NCBI GenBank assembly: GCA_016186325.1
Contig: JACPLW010000010.1
Location: 22,856-86,855 of the forward strand
Length of the DNA stretch: 64,000 nucleotides
Direction: 5' to 3'
Source of the DNA: Parcubacteria group bacterium
GTDB taxonomy: Bacteria > Patescibacteriota > Minisyncoccia > UBA10092
Position 1 is the stretch's first letter. Every line of letters starts with the position of its first letter. Below the pieces are notes generated by a model. That model did no database searches. It had not been told where the DNA came from and worked only from the letters and a program-made list of their open reading frames with translations. Position numbers and translations under genes: made by a program. This document shows positions 37,853-46,693 of the stretch, piece after piece.

Positions 37853-38218
37853 ATGATACAACCCAGAACAATTTTAAAAGTAGCAGATAACAGCGGTGCC
37901 AAAACAATCCGGGTTTTTCATGTTGTCGGCGGAACGAGAAGAAGATACGCCCAGTTAGGCGATCTTGTGGTGGCTTCGGTCCAGGTAGCTGAACCGCGAA
38001 AAATGGTGAAGAAAAAGGATGTTGTAAAGGCAGTAATTATAAGGCAGAAAAAGGCTTATAGAAGAAAAGATGGAAGTTACATCCGCTTTGATGATAACGC
38101 CGCAGTTATTGTTGACGGCTTCGAACCAAAGGGCGGACGTATTTTTGGGCCCGTTGCAAGGGAGCTCCGTGAAAGAGGTTATATAAAATTAATTTCTTTA
38201 GCGTCCGAAGTGCTATAA
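37853..38218 (+). CDS. rplN: 50S ribosomal protein L14
   Basis: [27 protein letters not shown]. Confidence 0.98.
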   Translation: MIQPRTILKVADNSGAKTIRVFHVVGGTRRRYAQLGDLVVASVQVAEPRKMVKKKDVVKAVIIRQKKAYRRKDGSYIRFDDNAAVIVDGFEPKGGRIFGPVARELRERGYIKLISLASEVL

Positions 38219-38225
38219 AACACGT

Positions 38226-38534
38226 ATGCGTATAAAAAAAGGCGATAATATAATAGTGATTAGCGGTAAGGATAAGGGAAAGCAGGGGAAAGTAATAAAA
38301 GTCCTATCTAAGGAAGGGAAAATTATTGTTGAGAATGTAAATATGAAGAAAAAACACCAGCGACCTAAAACCGGCGGAAAGAAAGGCGAGAAAATTGAAG
38401 TACCTCGCGCTCTTTCAACTTCTTCCGTAATGCTCTTATGCAAAAGTTGCGGCAAACCAACACGCATTGGTTATAACCTTTCTTCTGACGGAAGAAAAAC
38501 AAGAATTTGTAAAAAGTGCCGTCTTGAAACATGA
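38226..38534 (+). CDS. rplX: 50S ribosomal protein L24
   Basis: IKKGD.I.VISGKDKGKQG. Confidence 0.96.
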   Translation: MRIKKGDNIIVISGKDKGKQGKVIKVLSKEGKIIVENVNMKKKHQRPKTGGKKGEKIEVPRALSTSSVMLLCKSCGKPTRIGYNLSSDGRKTRICKKCRLET

Positions 38535-39064
38535 AACAAACAGAAAATAAAAATAAAATAATTCTGTTTCTGAAAAAAGAACTGAATGCGAAAAATCCTA
38601 TGGCGCTTCCCAGAGTTGAGAAGGTTATTATTAATATTGGCCTAGGCCGAGCGCTAAAAGATGAAAAGTTCCTTGAAGTCGTTATGCGCGACCTCGCTTT
38701 GATTACCGGCCAGAAACCAAAGAGCACCTTGGCCAAAAAATCAATTGCTAACTTTAAAACCAGAAAGGGAATGGTTATCGGCGCCATGGTAACGTTAAGG
38801 GGACCGAAAATGTATGATTTTATGAGCCGCCTGGTTAATATGGCGTTACCGAGGACTCATGATTTTCGAGGCATAAACGCCAAATCTCTTGATACAAAAG
38901 GCAACTTGACAATTGGAGTAAAAGAACATATTGTTTTTCCAGAAATATCCGGAGAAGAGGTGCGCAATATTTTTGGTTTTGAAATAACCATAGCGGTCAA
39001 AGCTAAAAATAAAGAAGAAGCCCTGGCTTTATATAAGGCCATCGGATTTCCGATTAAAACGTAA
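38531..39064 (+). CDS. rplE: 50S ribosomal protein L5
   Basis: [23 protein letters not shown]. Confidence 0.96.
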   Translation: MKQTENKNKIILFLKKELNAKNPMALPRVEKVIINIGLGRALKDEKFLEVVMRDLALITGQKPKSTLAKKSIANFKTRKGMVIGAMVTLRGPKMYDFMSRLVNMALPRTHDFRGINAKSLDTKGNLTIGVKEHIVFPEISGEEVRNIFGFEITIAVKAKNKEEALALYKAIGFPIKT

Positions 39065-39086
39065 AACATTAGGTTTCAAGAAGCGT

Positions 39087-39272
39087 ATGCCCAAGAAATC
39101 ACAAATAGCCAGAGCAATTAAAAAACCGAAATTCTCGACGCGCATTATTAGGCGATGTTTTAGGTGCGGCAGGCGGCGCGGCTATATGAGGGACTTTGGC
39201 CTTTGCCGGATTTGCTTTAGAGAAACAGCAAGGAAGGGAGAAATTCCCGGACTTAAAAAATCATCATGGTAG
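39087..39272 (+). CDS. rpsN: 30S ribosomal protein S14 type Z
   Basis: RC.RCGR...FGLCRICFR...GEIPG.KKSSW. Confidence 0.96.
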   Translation: MPKKSQIARAIKKPKFSTRIIRRCFRCGRRRGYMRDFGLCRICFRETARKGEIPGLKKSSW

Positions 39273-39646
39273 ATCCAATCGCGGACATGTTAACGAGAAT
39301 AAGAAACGCTCAAAAAGCCGGACATAAAGCGGTTGTTATTCCTTTATCGGGTTTGAAATTTGAAATTGCCAAAATTTTAAAAAAGGAAAATTATGTGGAA
39401 GACTTTAAAAAATCCGGTAAAGGCAACAAGAAAGTTTTAGAAATTAATTTGAAATATCCGGCGGCTATTAGCGAGATAAAAAAAATAAGCAAACCGGGCC
39501 TTCGTATTTACGTTGGAGCAAAAGAAATAAAGAATGTTAAAAATGGTTTTGGCATTTCAATTATTTCCACTTCAAAAGGTTTAATGACAAGTAAAGAAGC
39601 CAGAAATTCTCATTTGGGCGGAGAAATTTTACTGGAAGTTTTATAA
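39266..39646 (+). CDS. rpsH: 30S ribosomal protein S8
   Basis: [26 protein letters not shown]. Confidence 0.97.
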   Translation: MVDPIADMLTRIRNAQKAGHKAVVIPLSGLKFEIAKILKKENYVEDFKKSGKGNKKVLEINLKYPAAISEIKKISKPGLRIYVGAKEIKNVKNGFGISIISTSKGLMTSKEARNSHLGGEILLEVL

Positions 39647-39701
39647 TCCTTCGACACTACTCAGGATTATAGTTCGACTCTGCTCACCATAAAAAAATCA
39701 C

Positions 39702-40247
39702 ATGTCAAAAATAGGAAAAAAAATAATAGAAATTCCAACCGATGTAAGCGTGGTTGTTGAAGGAAAAGTCGTTAAGGCCAAAGGTCGCAAGGGCGAGTTG
39801 GAATTTACTTTACCGCGAGAAATCGAGGCATCTTTAAAAGATAATCAACTTACTATTGTTGTGGCTGTTGATTCCAAAAGAACGCCGGCATTATGGGGAA
39901 CGGCTAGGGCAGTAATTTCTAATATGATTTTCGGGGTTCATAACGGTTTTGAGAAAAAACTTGAGATTGAAGGCGTGGGTTATAAAGCTCAAATGCAGGG
40001 TAAGGATTTGATTTTAAGTTTAGGATTTTCCCACCCTATTGTCTTTAAGGCTCCCGAAGGCGTTACGATAAGCGTTGAGAAAAACAGTATCGTGGTCAGC
40101 GGGCCTTCAATTGAATCGGTCGGACAAACCGCTGCCAACATCCGGGCACTTAAAAAGCCCGAACCGTATAAAGGCAAGGGCATTCGTTATGTTGGCGAGA
40201 TTATAAGGCGCAAGGCCGGAAAGAAAGTTGCCGGCACGACTGCCTAA
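39702..40247 (+). CDS. rplF: 50S ribosomal protein L6
   Basis: MSKIGK, LGFSHP, PEPYKGKGIRY. Confidence 0.97.
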   Translation: MSKIGKKIIEIPTDVSVVVEGKVVKAKGRKGELEFTLPREIEASLKDNQLTIVVAVDSKRTPALWGTARAVISNMIFGVHNGFEKKLEIEGVGYKAQMQGKDLILSLGFSHPIVFKAPEGVTISVEKNSIVVSGPSIESVGQTAANIRALKKPEPYKGKGIRYVGEIIRRKAGKKVAGTTA

Positions 40248-40269
40248 TTTTAAATTTAGAATTAATCAG

Positions 40270-40623
40270 ATGGCAAAACAAACAAAACAATTAAAAAGAG
40301 AAATAAGGCACAGAAGAGTACGTGCTAGGATTTTCGGTACTAAAGATAGACCTCGCCTTTCCGTTTTTAAGTCTAATAACCATTTCTTTGTTCAACTTGT
40401 AGATGACGACAATGGCAGGACGATTGTTTCCACTTCCGATCATCAGGTTAAAATCAAGTCTAAAAACAAAAAAACAGTTGCTTTTGAGGTGGGTAAAATT
40501 ATTGGAAAAAAGGCCAAAGAAAAAGGAATTAGCAACATTGTTTTTGATCGCGGCGGATATAAGTTCCACGGCGCAATTTTTGAATTAGCTAAAGGCGTAA
40601 GAGAATCGGGATTAATATTTTAA
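40270..40623 (+). CDS. rplR: 50S ribosomal protein L18
   Basis: RPRLSVFKSN, VFDRGGYKFHG. Confidence 0.97.
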   Translation: MAKQTKQLKREIRHRRVRARIFGTKDRPRLSVFKSNNHFFVQLVDDDNGRTIVSTSDHQVKIKSKNKKTVAFEVGKIIGKKAKEKGISNIVFDRGGYKFHGAIFELAKGVRESGLIF

Positions 40624-40630
40624 ATAGACT

Positions 40631-41134
40631 ATGGCAGAGAAACAAAAAAATTATAGAACTCGAGACAAAACCACCGGTCGTGCAGGTTTTAAGAGAGAAA
40701 AATCCGAATTTGAACAAAAGGTTATTGATATTAGAAGAGTTACTCGTGTTGTGGCCGGAGGCAAACGGTTTCGCTTTCGGGCAACCGTAGTTTTGGGTGA
40801 TCACAAGGGGCGGGTAGGCGTCGGTGTTGATAAAGGGACCGACACTTCCGAATCTATTGAGAAAGCGGCGAGATCGGCCAAGAAAAATTTAATTACGGTT
40901 TCAATTAAAAATGGCACCATTTCCCATGAAACAATAGGAAGGTTTTCAAGCGCCGTCGTGCTTTTAAAACCGGCCAAAGCCGGAAGAGGTATTATTGCCG
41001 GCGGGCCGGTTAGAATTATCGCGAGTCTTTCGGGGATTAGTAGTATTTCATCAAAGATTCTTGGAACGACTACCAATAAGCTGAATAATGCCAGGGCTAC
41101 AATAGAGGCGTTAAGGAAACTAAAATCAAGATAA
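40631..41134 (+). CDS. rpsE: 30S ribosomal protein S5
   Basis: RVTRVVAGGKRFRF, GIIAGG. Confidence 0.97.
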   Translation: MAEKQKNYRTRDKTTGRAGFKREKSEFEQKVIDIRRVTRVVAGGKRFRFRATVVLGDHKGRVGVGVDKGTDTSESIEKAARSAKKNLITVSIKNGTISHETIGRFSSAVVLLKPAKAGRGIIAGGPVRIIASLSGISSISSKILGTTTNKLNNARATIEALRKLKSR

Positions 41135-41235
41135 ATTTCTAATTTCTAATTTTTAATAAATTTCTAATGACTTAATTTTTAAACATTAAAACATTAAATC
41201 ATTTAATAAAAATTGAAAATTAGAAATTGAAAATT
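41133..41235. repeat. AT-rich heptamer repeats in inverted arrangement at the usual L30 position
   Basis: (AATTTCT)n ... (GAAAATT/AGAAATT)n between rpsE and rplO. Confidence 0.6.
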
Positions 41236-41241
41236 ATTATT

Positions 41242-41682
41242 ATGCAACTACACAATATAAAACCAAAAAACAAATTAAAAAAACCCAGAAGAATAGCCAG
41301 AGGAGGCAAAAGAGGCGGTTATTCGGGTCGCGGCATTAAGGGCCAGAAATCCAGAGCCGGTGCCGGAATTAGGCCGGCTATTCGCGATGTAATGATGAGG
41401 TTTCCAAAACAGCGCGGCCGCGCTAAGCACTCCTTTAAGAGTATATTTCTAAAACCGGTCGTTTTAAATCTATTTGACATTGATAAAAAATTTAAAGACG
41501 GAGAAATTGTCAACCCGGTCAGTCTTGTTGGTAAAAAATTAGTTTATAAAATAAGCGGTCGGTTTCCAAAGATTAAGATTTTGGGTACAGGTGAAATTTC
41601 TAAAAGATTAAATTTTCAAGAAGTTTTATTGTCGTCATCGGCGCGTGATAAAGTTAAGAAAGCGGGAGGCACCATAAAATGA
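41242..41682 (+). CDS. rplO: 50S ribosomal protein L15
   Basis: SGRGIKGQKSRAG, KILGTG, AGG. Confidence 0.95.
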   Translation: MQLHNIKPKNKLKKPRRIARGGKRGGYSGRGIKGQKSRAGAGIRPAIRDVMMRFPKQRGRAKHSFKSIFLKPVVLNLFDIDKKFKDGEIVNPVSLVGKKLVYKISGRFPKIKILGTGEISKRLNFQEVLLSSSARDKVKKAGGTIK

Positions 41683-42950
41683 TAGAAAAAATCGTACAAA
41701 TTTTTAAAATAAAAGATTTAAGAAACCGCATACTTTTTGTTTTATCGCTTCTTGTTGTTTTTCGCCTTATGGCTACTATTCCCGTTCCGGGCGTTGATGT
41801 TTTGCGTTTGAGGGAATTTTTTGAAGGAAATCAGTTTTTCGGATTGCTCAACATCTTTTCCGGCGGCGCTCTATCCAACCTTTCAATTGTGATGCTCGGC
41901 GTTGGTCCCTTTATCACCGCTTCAATTATTATGCAGCTTTTGACTATGCTTATCCCGGCCTTGAAAGAACTATATAATGAAGAAGGAGAAATGGGCCGTC
42001 AAAAATTCAATCAATACACGCGATATTTATCCGTTCCTTTGGCCGTTCTTCAGGGTTATGGCCTTCTGGTTCTCTTAAAGAACCAACAAATTATCGCAAG
42101 CGGAAATTCTCTTATGTTTTTTTCGTCGGTTTTTGTAGTCACGGCCGGTTCAATATTTTTAATGTGGCTTGGCGAACTTATAACCGAAAAAAAAGTCGGA
42201 AACGGCATTTCACTTATGATTTTTGCCGGTATTGTCGCCAGTTTGCCTGTTGATTTAAAGCAGACGTTAGCAACTTTTGATCCTTCACAGGTTCCTACTT
42301 ATCTTGCTTTTATTTTAGTATCAATTGTTGTTATTGCCGGAGTAGTGGTAGTTACCGAAGGGGAAAGGCCGATTCCGGTGGCTTATGCCAAGAGAGTGCG
42401 CGGTAACAGAGTTTATGGCGGCTCTATGGCGCATTTGCCTTTGAGGGTAAATCAAGCCGGCGTTATTCCCATTATTTTTGCCCTTTCAATTTTACTTTTC
42501 CCACAGCTAATTGCCCAGATCTTATCGGGTTTTAATATTGCTTGGATAAGAGAGCTATCTCTTCTTCTTGTTGGTTTTCTTAATAACCAGGCGGTTTACG
42601 GTTCATTTTATTTTATTTTGGTAATTTTGTTCACTTATTTTTATACTGCCGTTACTTTTGATCCCGGCCAGATTTCTCAAAATCTTCAAAAACAAGGCGG
42701 ATTTATTCCTGGAATAAGGCCGGGCGGTTCTACTGCCGGATATTTAAAACATATCTTAAATCGGGTAGTTTTAATTGGCGCCATCTTTTTAGGAGTTATC
42801 GCGGTCTTGCCTATTTCGGTCCAATATTTTACCGGCATAACGACTTTAACGGTCGGCGGCACTTCGCTTTTAATTGTTGTTTCGGTGGTTCTTGAAACAA
42901 TGAAGCAGGTTAGGTCGCAGCTTGTAATGAGAGAATATGAAAGTTTTTAA
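41679..42950 (+). CDS. secY: Preprotein translocase subunit SecY
   Basis: PFITASIIMQLL, GNGISL.IF, IPGIRPG, GGTSLLIVV. Confidence 0.98.
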   Translation: MIEKIVQIFKIKDLRNRILFVLSLLVVFRLMATIPVPGVDVLRLREFFEGNQFFGLLNIFSGGALSNLSIVMLGVGPFITASIIMQLLTMLIPALKELYNEEGEMGRQKFNQYTRYLSVPLAVLQGYGLLVLLKNQQIIASGNSLMFFSSVFVVTAGSIFLMWLGELITEKKVGNGISLMIFAGIVASLPVDLKQTLATFDPSQVPTYLAFILVSIVVIAGVVVVTEGERPIPVAYAKRVRGNRVYGGSMAHLPLRVNQAGVIPIIFALSILLFPQLIAQILSGFNIAWIRELSLLLVGFLNNQAVYGSFYFILVILFTYFYTAVTFDPGQISQNLQKQGGFIPGIRPGGSTAGYLKHILNRVVLIGAIFLGVIAVLPISVQYFTGITTLTVGGTSLLIVVSVVLETMKQVRSQLVMREYESF

Positions 42951-43098
42951 TAATGATTTTATATTTTATTCTCTTGCTTTCCTCGTCCCGCCCCAGCGAG
43001 CGGGACTCGGGGATTCGCGCTCGCTCGTCCCGCCAAGGCGGGACACCATGCCCGCTTCGCGCTCATAACCCGCTCGAGAATAAAATATAAAATCATTA
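42951..43098 (-). repeat. Structured ~150-nt element, copy 2 (reverse orientation)
   Basis: Perfect 23-bp terminal IR; minus strand has TTATGA, GCATGGT+hairpin, GAGTCCCGC-tcGCTGgg-GCGGGACGA. Confidence 0.82.
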
Positions 43099-43104
43099 TC
43101 TGTA

Positions 43105-43731
43105 ATGGGTATATCTAAAAAATTAATTGCAATTATTTTACTTGGAAGGCCGGGTTCCGGCAAAGACACTCAAGCCAAACTTTTAGCAAAAAAGTTCGGC
43201 TTGGTTCATCTTATTTCAAGCAAACTCATTGAAGAATCTTTAAAATCTAAAGCAAAAATTATTAAACGCGATAGCAGGGCTTACAATGTGGAAAAAGAGC
43301 GCCGTATTCAAAAAAGCGGTTATTTAAATACCTCTGCTTTTGTGGCAGCTCTGGTAAAAGACGAAATTAAAAAAATCGCGCAGAAAGGTTTTGGATTGGT
43401 AATGAGCGGTTCTCCCAGAACTTTAAGAGAGTTTAAAGAAGAGGCGCCGATGCTTTTAAAACTTTACGGTAAAAATAATATTTATTTTTTTCATATTATA
43501 ATCAGTCCGAATGAGGTTTATATAAGGAATCTGAAACGCCACCGCAAAGATTTGCCCGAACTTGATTCAAGGAAAATAATTAAAAAACGGCTTGAAGTTT
43601 ACAGTCGCGACACCCTTCCGCTTATCAAGTATTTGAAATCTCAAAAAAGAGTCGCGGATATAAACGGCGAACAGTCAATAATGAAAATTCATTTGGATAT
43701 TTTGAAAGTTTTAATGCCGAAAGTAAAATAA
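43105..43731 (+). CDS. adk: Adenylate kinase family nucleoside monophosphate kinase
   Basis: LLGRPGSGKDTQA, GSPRT, position between secY and map. Confidence 0.85.
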   Translation: MGISKKLIAIILLGRPGSGKDTQAKLLAKKFGLVHLISSKLIEESLKSKAKIIKRDSRAYNVEKERRIQKSGYLNTSAFVAALVKDEIKKIAQKGFGLVMSGSPRTLREFKEEAPMLLKLYGKNNIYFFHIIISPNEVYIRNLKRHRKDLPELDSRKIIKKRLEVYSRDTLPLIKYLKSQKRVADINGEQSIMKIHLDILKVLMPKVK

Positions 43732-43876
43732 AAAATAGTAAATTTATTTTCTGAAGCTTATGAAGCCATTTTAGCATGGTTACCCGCTAAGCGGGGATAA
43801 AATGAGCTTCATCGGACAGTGAGTCCCGCGCTGGCGGGACGAACGCGCGAAGAAAATAATTTTACTATTTTTTATT
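43727..43876 (+). repeat. Structured ~150-nt element, copy 3
   Basis: 26-bp terminal IR (1 mismatch); GAAGCTTATGAA...TTCATCGGACAGTGAGTCCCGCGCTGGCGGGACGA shared with copy 1. Confidence 0.85.
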
Positions 43877-43895
43877 AAATATCTAAAATAATAGG

Positions 43896-44660
43896 ATGAT
43901 AACAATCAAAACAAAAGAAGAAATAGAAGTTTTAAAAGAAGGCGGGAAAATTTTGGCCGAGGTTTTAAGAGAACTGGCGAAACTTGCTAAACCCAGTGTT
44001 AGCACGGGCTTTTTGGATAAAAAAGCCCAAGAGATGATTTTAGCTCGAGGCGGAGAACCGGCTTTTTTAAATTATCATCCGAATTTTATGGACAGGCCCT
44101 ATCCGGCCGCCCTTTGTGCTTCGCTTAATGAAGTGGTGGTTCACGGCTTGCCTAGTGAAAAAAACATTTTAAAAGAAGGCGATATTTTAAAACTAGATCT
44201 TGGCATCAAATACAAAAATCTTTTTACCGACGCGGCTATTACGGTTGGAATAGGGGAACTTATGGAAGAAAAGCAAAAACTCATTGATGTTACCAAACGA
44301 GCGCTGGGGCTGGCAATAAACGAAGTGAAACCGGGAAATCATATTGGCGATATTGGATTTGCGATTGAAAATTACGTTGAAAGCAATGGTTTTTATGTTA
44401 TAGAAATTTTGGTCGGCCATGGCGTCGGCCATGCCATTCATGAAGAGCCAAATGTTCCTAATTACGGAAAAAAAGGCCAGGGGCCAGAGCTGAGAGCAGG
44501 CATGGTTATAGCAATTGAACCGATGGTCGCATTAAAAGGTAAAGATGTTAAATTATCCAAAGACGGTTTCGGCTACGAGACGCTCGGTGGCTCTCTTTCC
44601 GCCCATTTTGAACATTCGGTGGCGGTTACAGAGGAGGGAAACATAGTTTTGACACGGTAA
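43896..44660 (+). CDS. map: Methionine aminopeptidase type I
   Basis: NEVVVHG.P, D.G.....TDAA, GHGVG..IHEEP, AIEPM, SAHFEH. Confidence 0.97.
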   Translation: MITIKTKEEIEVLKEGGKILAEVLRELAKLAKPSVSTGFLDKKAQEMILARGGEPAFLNYHPNFMDRPYPAALCASLNEVVVHGLPSEKNILKEGDILKLDLGIKYKNLFTDAAITVGIGELMEEKQKLIDVTKRALGLAINEVKPGNHIGDIGFAIENYVESNGFYVIEILVGHGVGHAIHEEPNVPNYGKKGQGPELRAGMVIAIEPMVALKGKDVKLSKDGFGYETLGGSLSAHFEHSVAVTEEGNIVLTR

Positions 44661-44773
44661 AATGGCTTTTTGAAGCCAAATATATGTTGATGTCGCCAAT
44701 ATCTATTGCTTTGCAATACAATGTGTGTTATAATTTTATTAGTTTAGAGAAACAGGGCAAGGAGGAACTTCAC

Positions 44774-44965
44774 ATGGAGTGGTTTATCAGGTTCTGCAGT
44801 TGGTTTTATGGCTTCCCTTTTTGGAAGCCATGTCCGGTGTGCGGGAACAGAAGGCGTTATCTTGTTCTCGCAGAGTCATGCGATTCATTTGCACTTTTCT
44901 CTCGCTGCAAGAACTGTGCGCGCGTGATCATCAATGTATCGAAAAAAAAAATTGTAAAAGATTAA
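44774..44965 (+). CDS. Small putative zinc-ribbon protein
   Basis: SD AAGGAGG, CPVC...CKNC. Confidence 0.6.
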   Translation: MEWFIRFCSWFYGFPFWKPCPVCGNRRRYLVLAESCDSFALFSRCKNCARVIINVSKKKIVKD

Positions 44966-45147
44966 AGATAAGTATGGGGACATGTGTGAAAGCAATTTCG
45001 CCATGTCCCAATTTTTATATAAAAGTTCATTTTCTGTATTTCAGTACTCATCAGTGTATCATAAGCTTCCTATAGGTAAGTTGTGATGCGAGATATAAGA
45101 TATAAAAATAGTAGAAAATAATATTTTGATATGATATTTATAATGTA

Positions 45148-45585
45148 ATGAAGATTTTAGCTATTGATTACGGGAAAAAATGGATTGGGCTGGCGATTTC
45201 TGACGATGGGCGCCGGCTGGCTTTTGCTTATAAAACCTTGGAAAATAATTCCAAAACTTTTTCTGTTTTAAATGAAATAATAAAAAAAGAAGAAATTTAT
45301 AAAATAGTTATTGGCTTGCCTTTGAATAAAGAGATGAAACCGACGCAACAAACAACTGAAACGGAAAACTGGGCGCAAGAACTTATTAAAAAAGTTGCAA
45401 CTCCGACGCCTTTGGGTCGGAGCCCCGACCGGAACTCCGACGGTACCGTCGGAGAAAGCGTCGGGGTTGATTTTGAAAATGAAATTTTTACAAGCAAGGC
45501 GGCGGATAAACTCGGAGTAAAAAACCAGCACGCCGCCGCCGCCGCAATTTTTCTTCAGGATTATTTGGATAGAAATAACAAATAA
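45148..45585 (+). CDS. ruvX: YqgF/RuvX family nuclease
   Basis: ILAIDYGKKWIGLAISD, IVIGLP, E.FTS, AA.FLQDYLD. Confidence 0.92.
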   Translation: MKILAIDYGKKWIGLAISDDGRRLAFAYKTLENNSKTFSVLNEIIKKEEIYKIVIGLPLNKEMKPTQQTTETENWAQELIKKVATPTPLGRSPDRNSDGTVGESVGVDFENEIFTSKAADKLGVKNQHAAAAAIFLQDYLDRNNK

Positions 45586-45586
45586 A

Positions 45587-45743
45587 TTATTAAAATTTAA
45601 TATCTTTGTTCTCACGCTTTTCTCGGTTGCCCCAGCGAGGCAACCGAGAGGATTCGCCCTCGCTCTGTCCCGCAAAGCGGGACAACCGTGCCCGCTCGGG
45701 CTCATAACCCCGCTTTGAAAACAAAGATATTAAATTTTAATAA
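45587..45743 (-). repeat. Structured ~150-nt element, copy 4 (reverse orientation)
   Basis: 28-bp terminal IR (one G-U on minus strand); TTATGA, GCACGGT+hairpin, tcGCTGgg loop as in copy 2. Confidence 0.82.
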
Positions 45744-45752
45744 AAGAATTAA

Positions 45753-45919
45753 GTCCGCCTGTATCATTTCGAGGAACTCTCGGAGCTCTGCGAGCTGGTA
45801 TTGCCAGAAATTTATTTCTGGCAATTTTGGTCTCGCCGCAGGCGAGTCGCAGAGCGAGAGTGAATGCGCTTCGCCGCTGGAGCGAAGCGACATGTTTCCG
45901 AGAAATGATATAGGCGGAC
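45753..45919 (+). repeat. Multibranched structured element, possibly a divergent family member
   Basis: 18-bp closing stem, internal hairpins ATTGCCAGAAAT/ATTTCTGGCAAT, CTCGCC/GGCGAG, GCTTCGC-CGCTGGA-GCGAAGC. Confidence 0.65.
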
Positions 45920-45970
45920 AAAAGAATAATAATGGATTTCAATATAAAAATCTGATAGAATAAACTGACA

Positions 45971-46693
45971 ATGTCCAAACATCTTTCGGTTATTATTCCC
46001 GCCTATAATGAGGAGCATCGCATAAAAACCACGCTGGAAGCGGTTTTTAATTATTTTTCACGCCAGGATTATTCTTGGGAAGTTATTATTATTTCCGATG
46101 GAAGCAAAGACAGGACGGCGGAAGTTGTCGTAGAATTTATCAGCAACAAACCGGAGTTTCGTTTAATCGCCAATACGCAAAATCATGGAAAGGGTTACGT
46201 AGTTAGGCAAGGAATGCTTGAAGCCGAAGGCGATTTTCGACTTTTTACCGACGCCGATAATTCAACGTCAATAGAGCAGATTGAAAAATTTTGGCCGTAT
46301 TTAAACGATGGCTATGATATCGTCATCGGATCAATTGAAGTTTCCGGCGCTCAAATTAATGAACAGGCCCAATGGTACCGGCGTATTATGGGTAAATATT
46401 CCAAATATCTAATCCGAATTGTAGCGGGTCTTTGGAGTATTCATGATACCCAGAGAGGCTTTAAATGCTTTACCGCGCTTGCGGCGCGTGATATATTTTC
46501 TAGGACAAAAATTGACCGTTTCGGGTTTGATATTGAAGTATTGGCGCTCGCGAAAAGACTGGGCTATGTAATTAAGGAAATACCGGTTGTTTGGGATAAC
46601 CCCGCGGATTCTAAAGTCAATTTTAAAAGTTATTTCGAGGTGTTAAAAGATTTATTTAAAATTAGATTTTATCTTTGGTTTAATGCCTACTAA
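45971..46693 (+). CDS. Dolichyl-phosphate glucosyltransferase-like GT2
   Basis: SVIIPAYNEE, DGSKD, NHGKG, FTDAD, DTQRGFK, FDIE. Confidence 0.9.
   Translation: MSKHLSVIIPAYNEEHRIKTTLEAVFNYFSRQDYSWEVIIISDGSKDRTAEVVVEFISNKPEFRLIANTQNHGKGYVVRQGMLEAEGDFRLFTDADNSTSIEQIEKFWPYLNDGYDIVIGSIEVSGAQINEQAQWYRRIMGKYSKYLIRIVAGLWSIHDTQRGFKCFTALAARDIFSRTKIDRFGFDIEVLALAKRLGYVIKEIPVVWDNPADSKVNFKSYFEVLKDLFKIRFYLWFNAY

Noticed and set aside
45697-45713. CGGGCTCATAACCCCG looks like an initiator-tRNA anticodon arm
   Set aside because: It is the reverse complement of the element's TTATGA motif; the stem is not kept in other copies and there is no tRNA body.
45688-46018. Short ORFs across the structured elements (also 42966-43169)
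   Set aside because: Translations of repeat DNA with no protein features.
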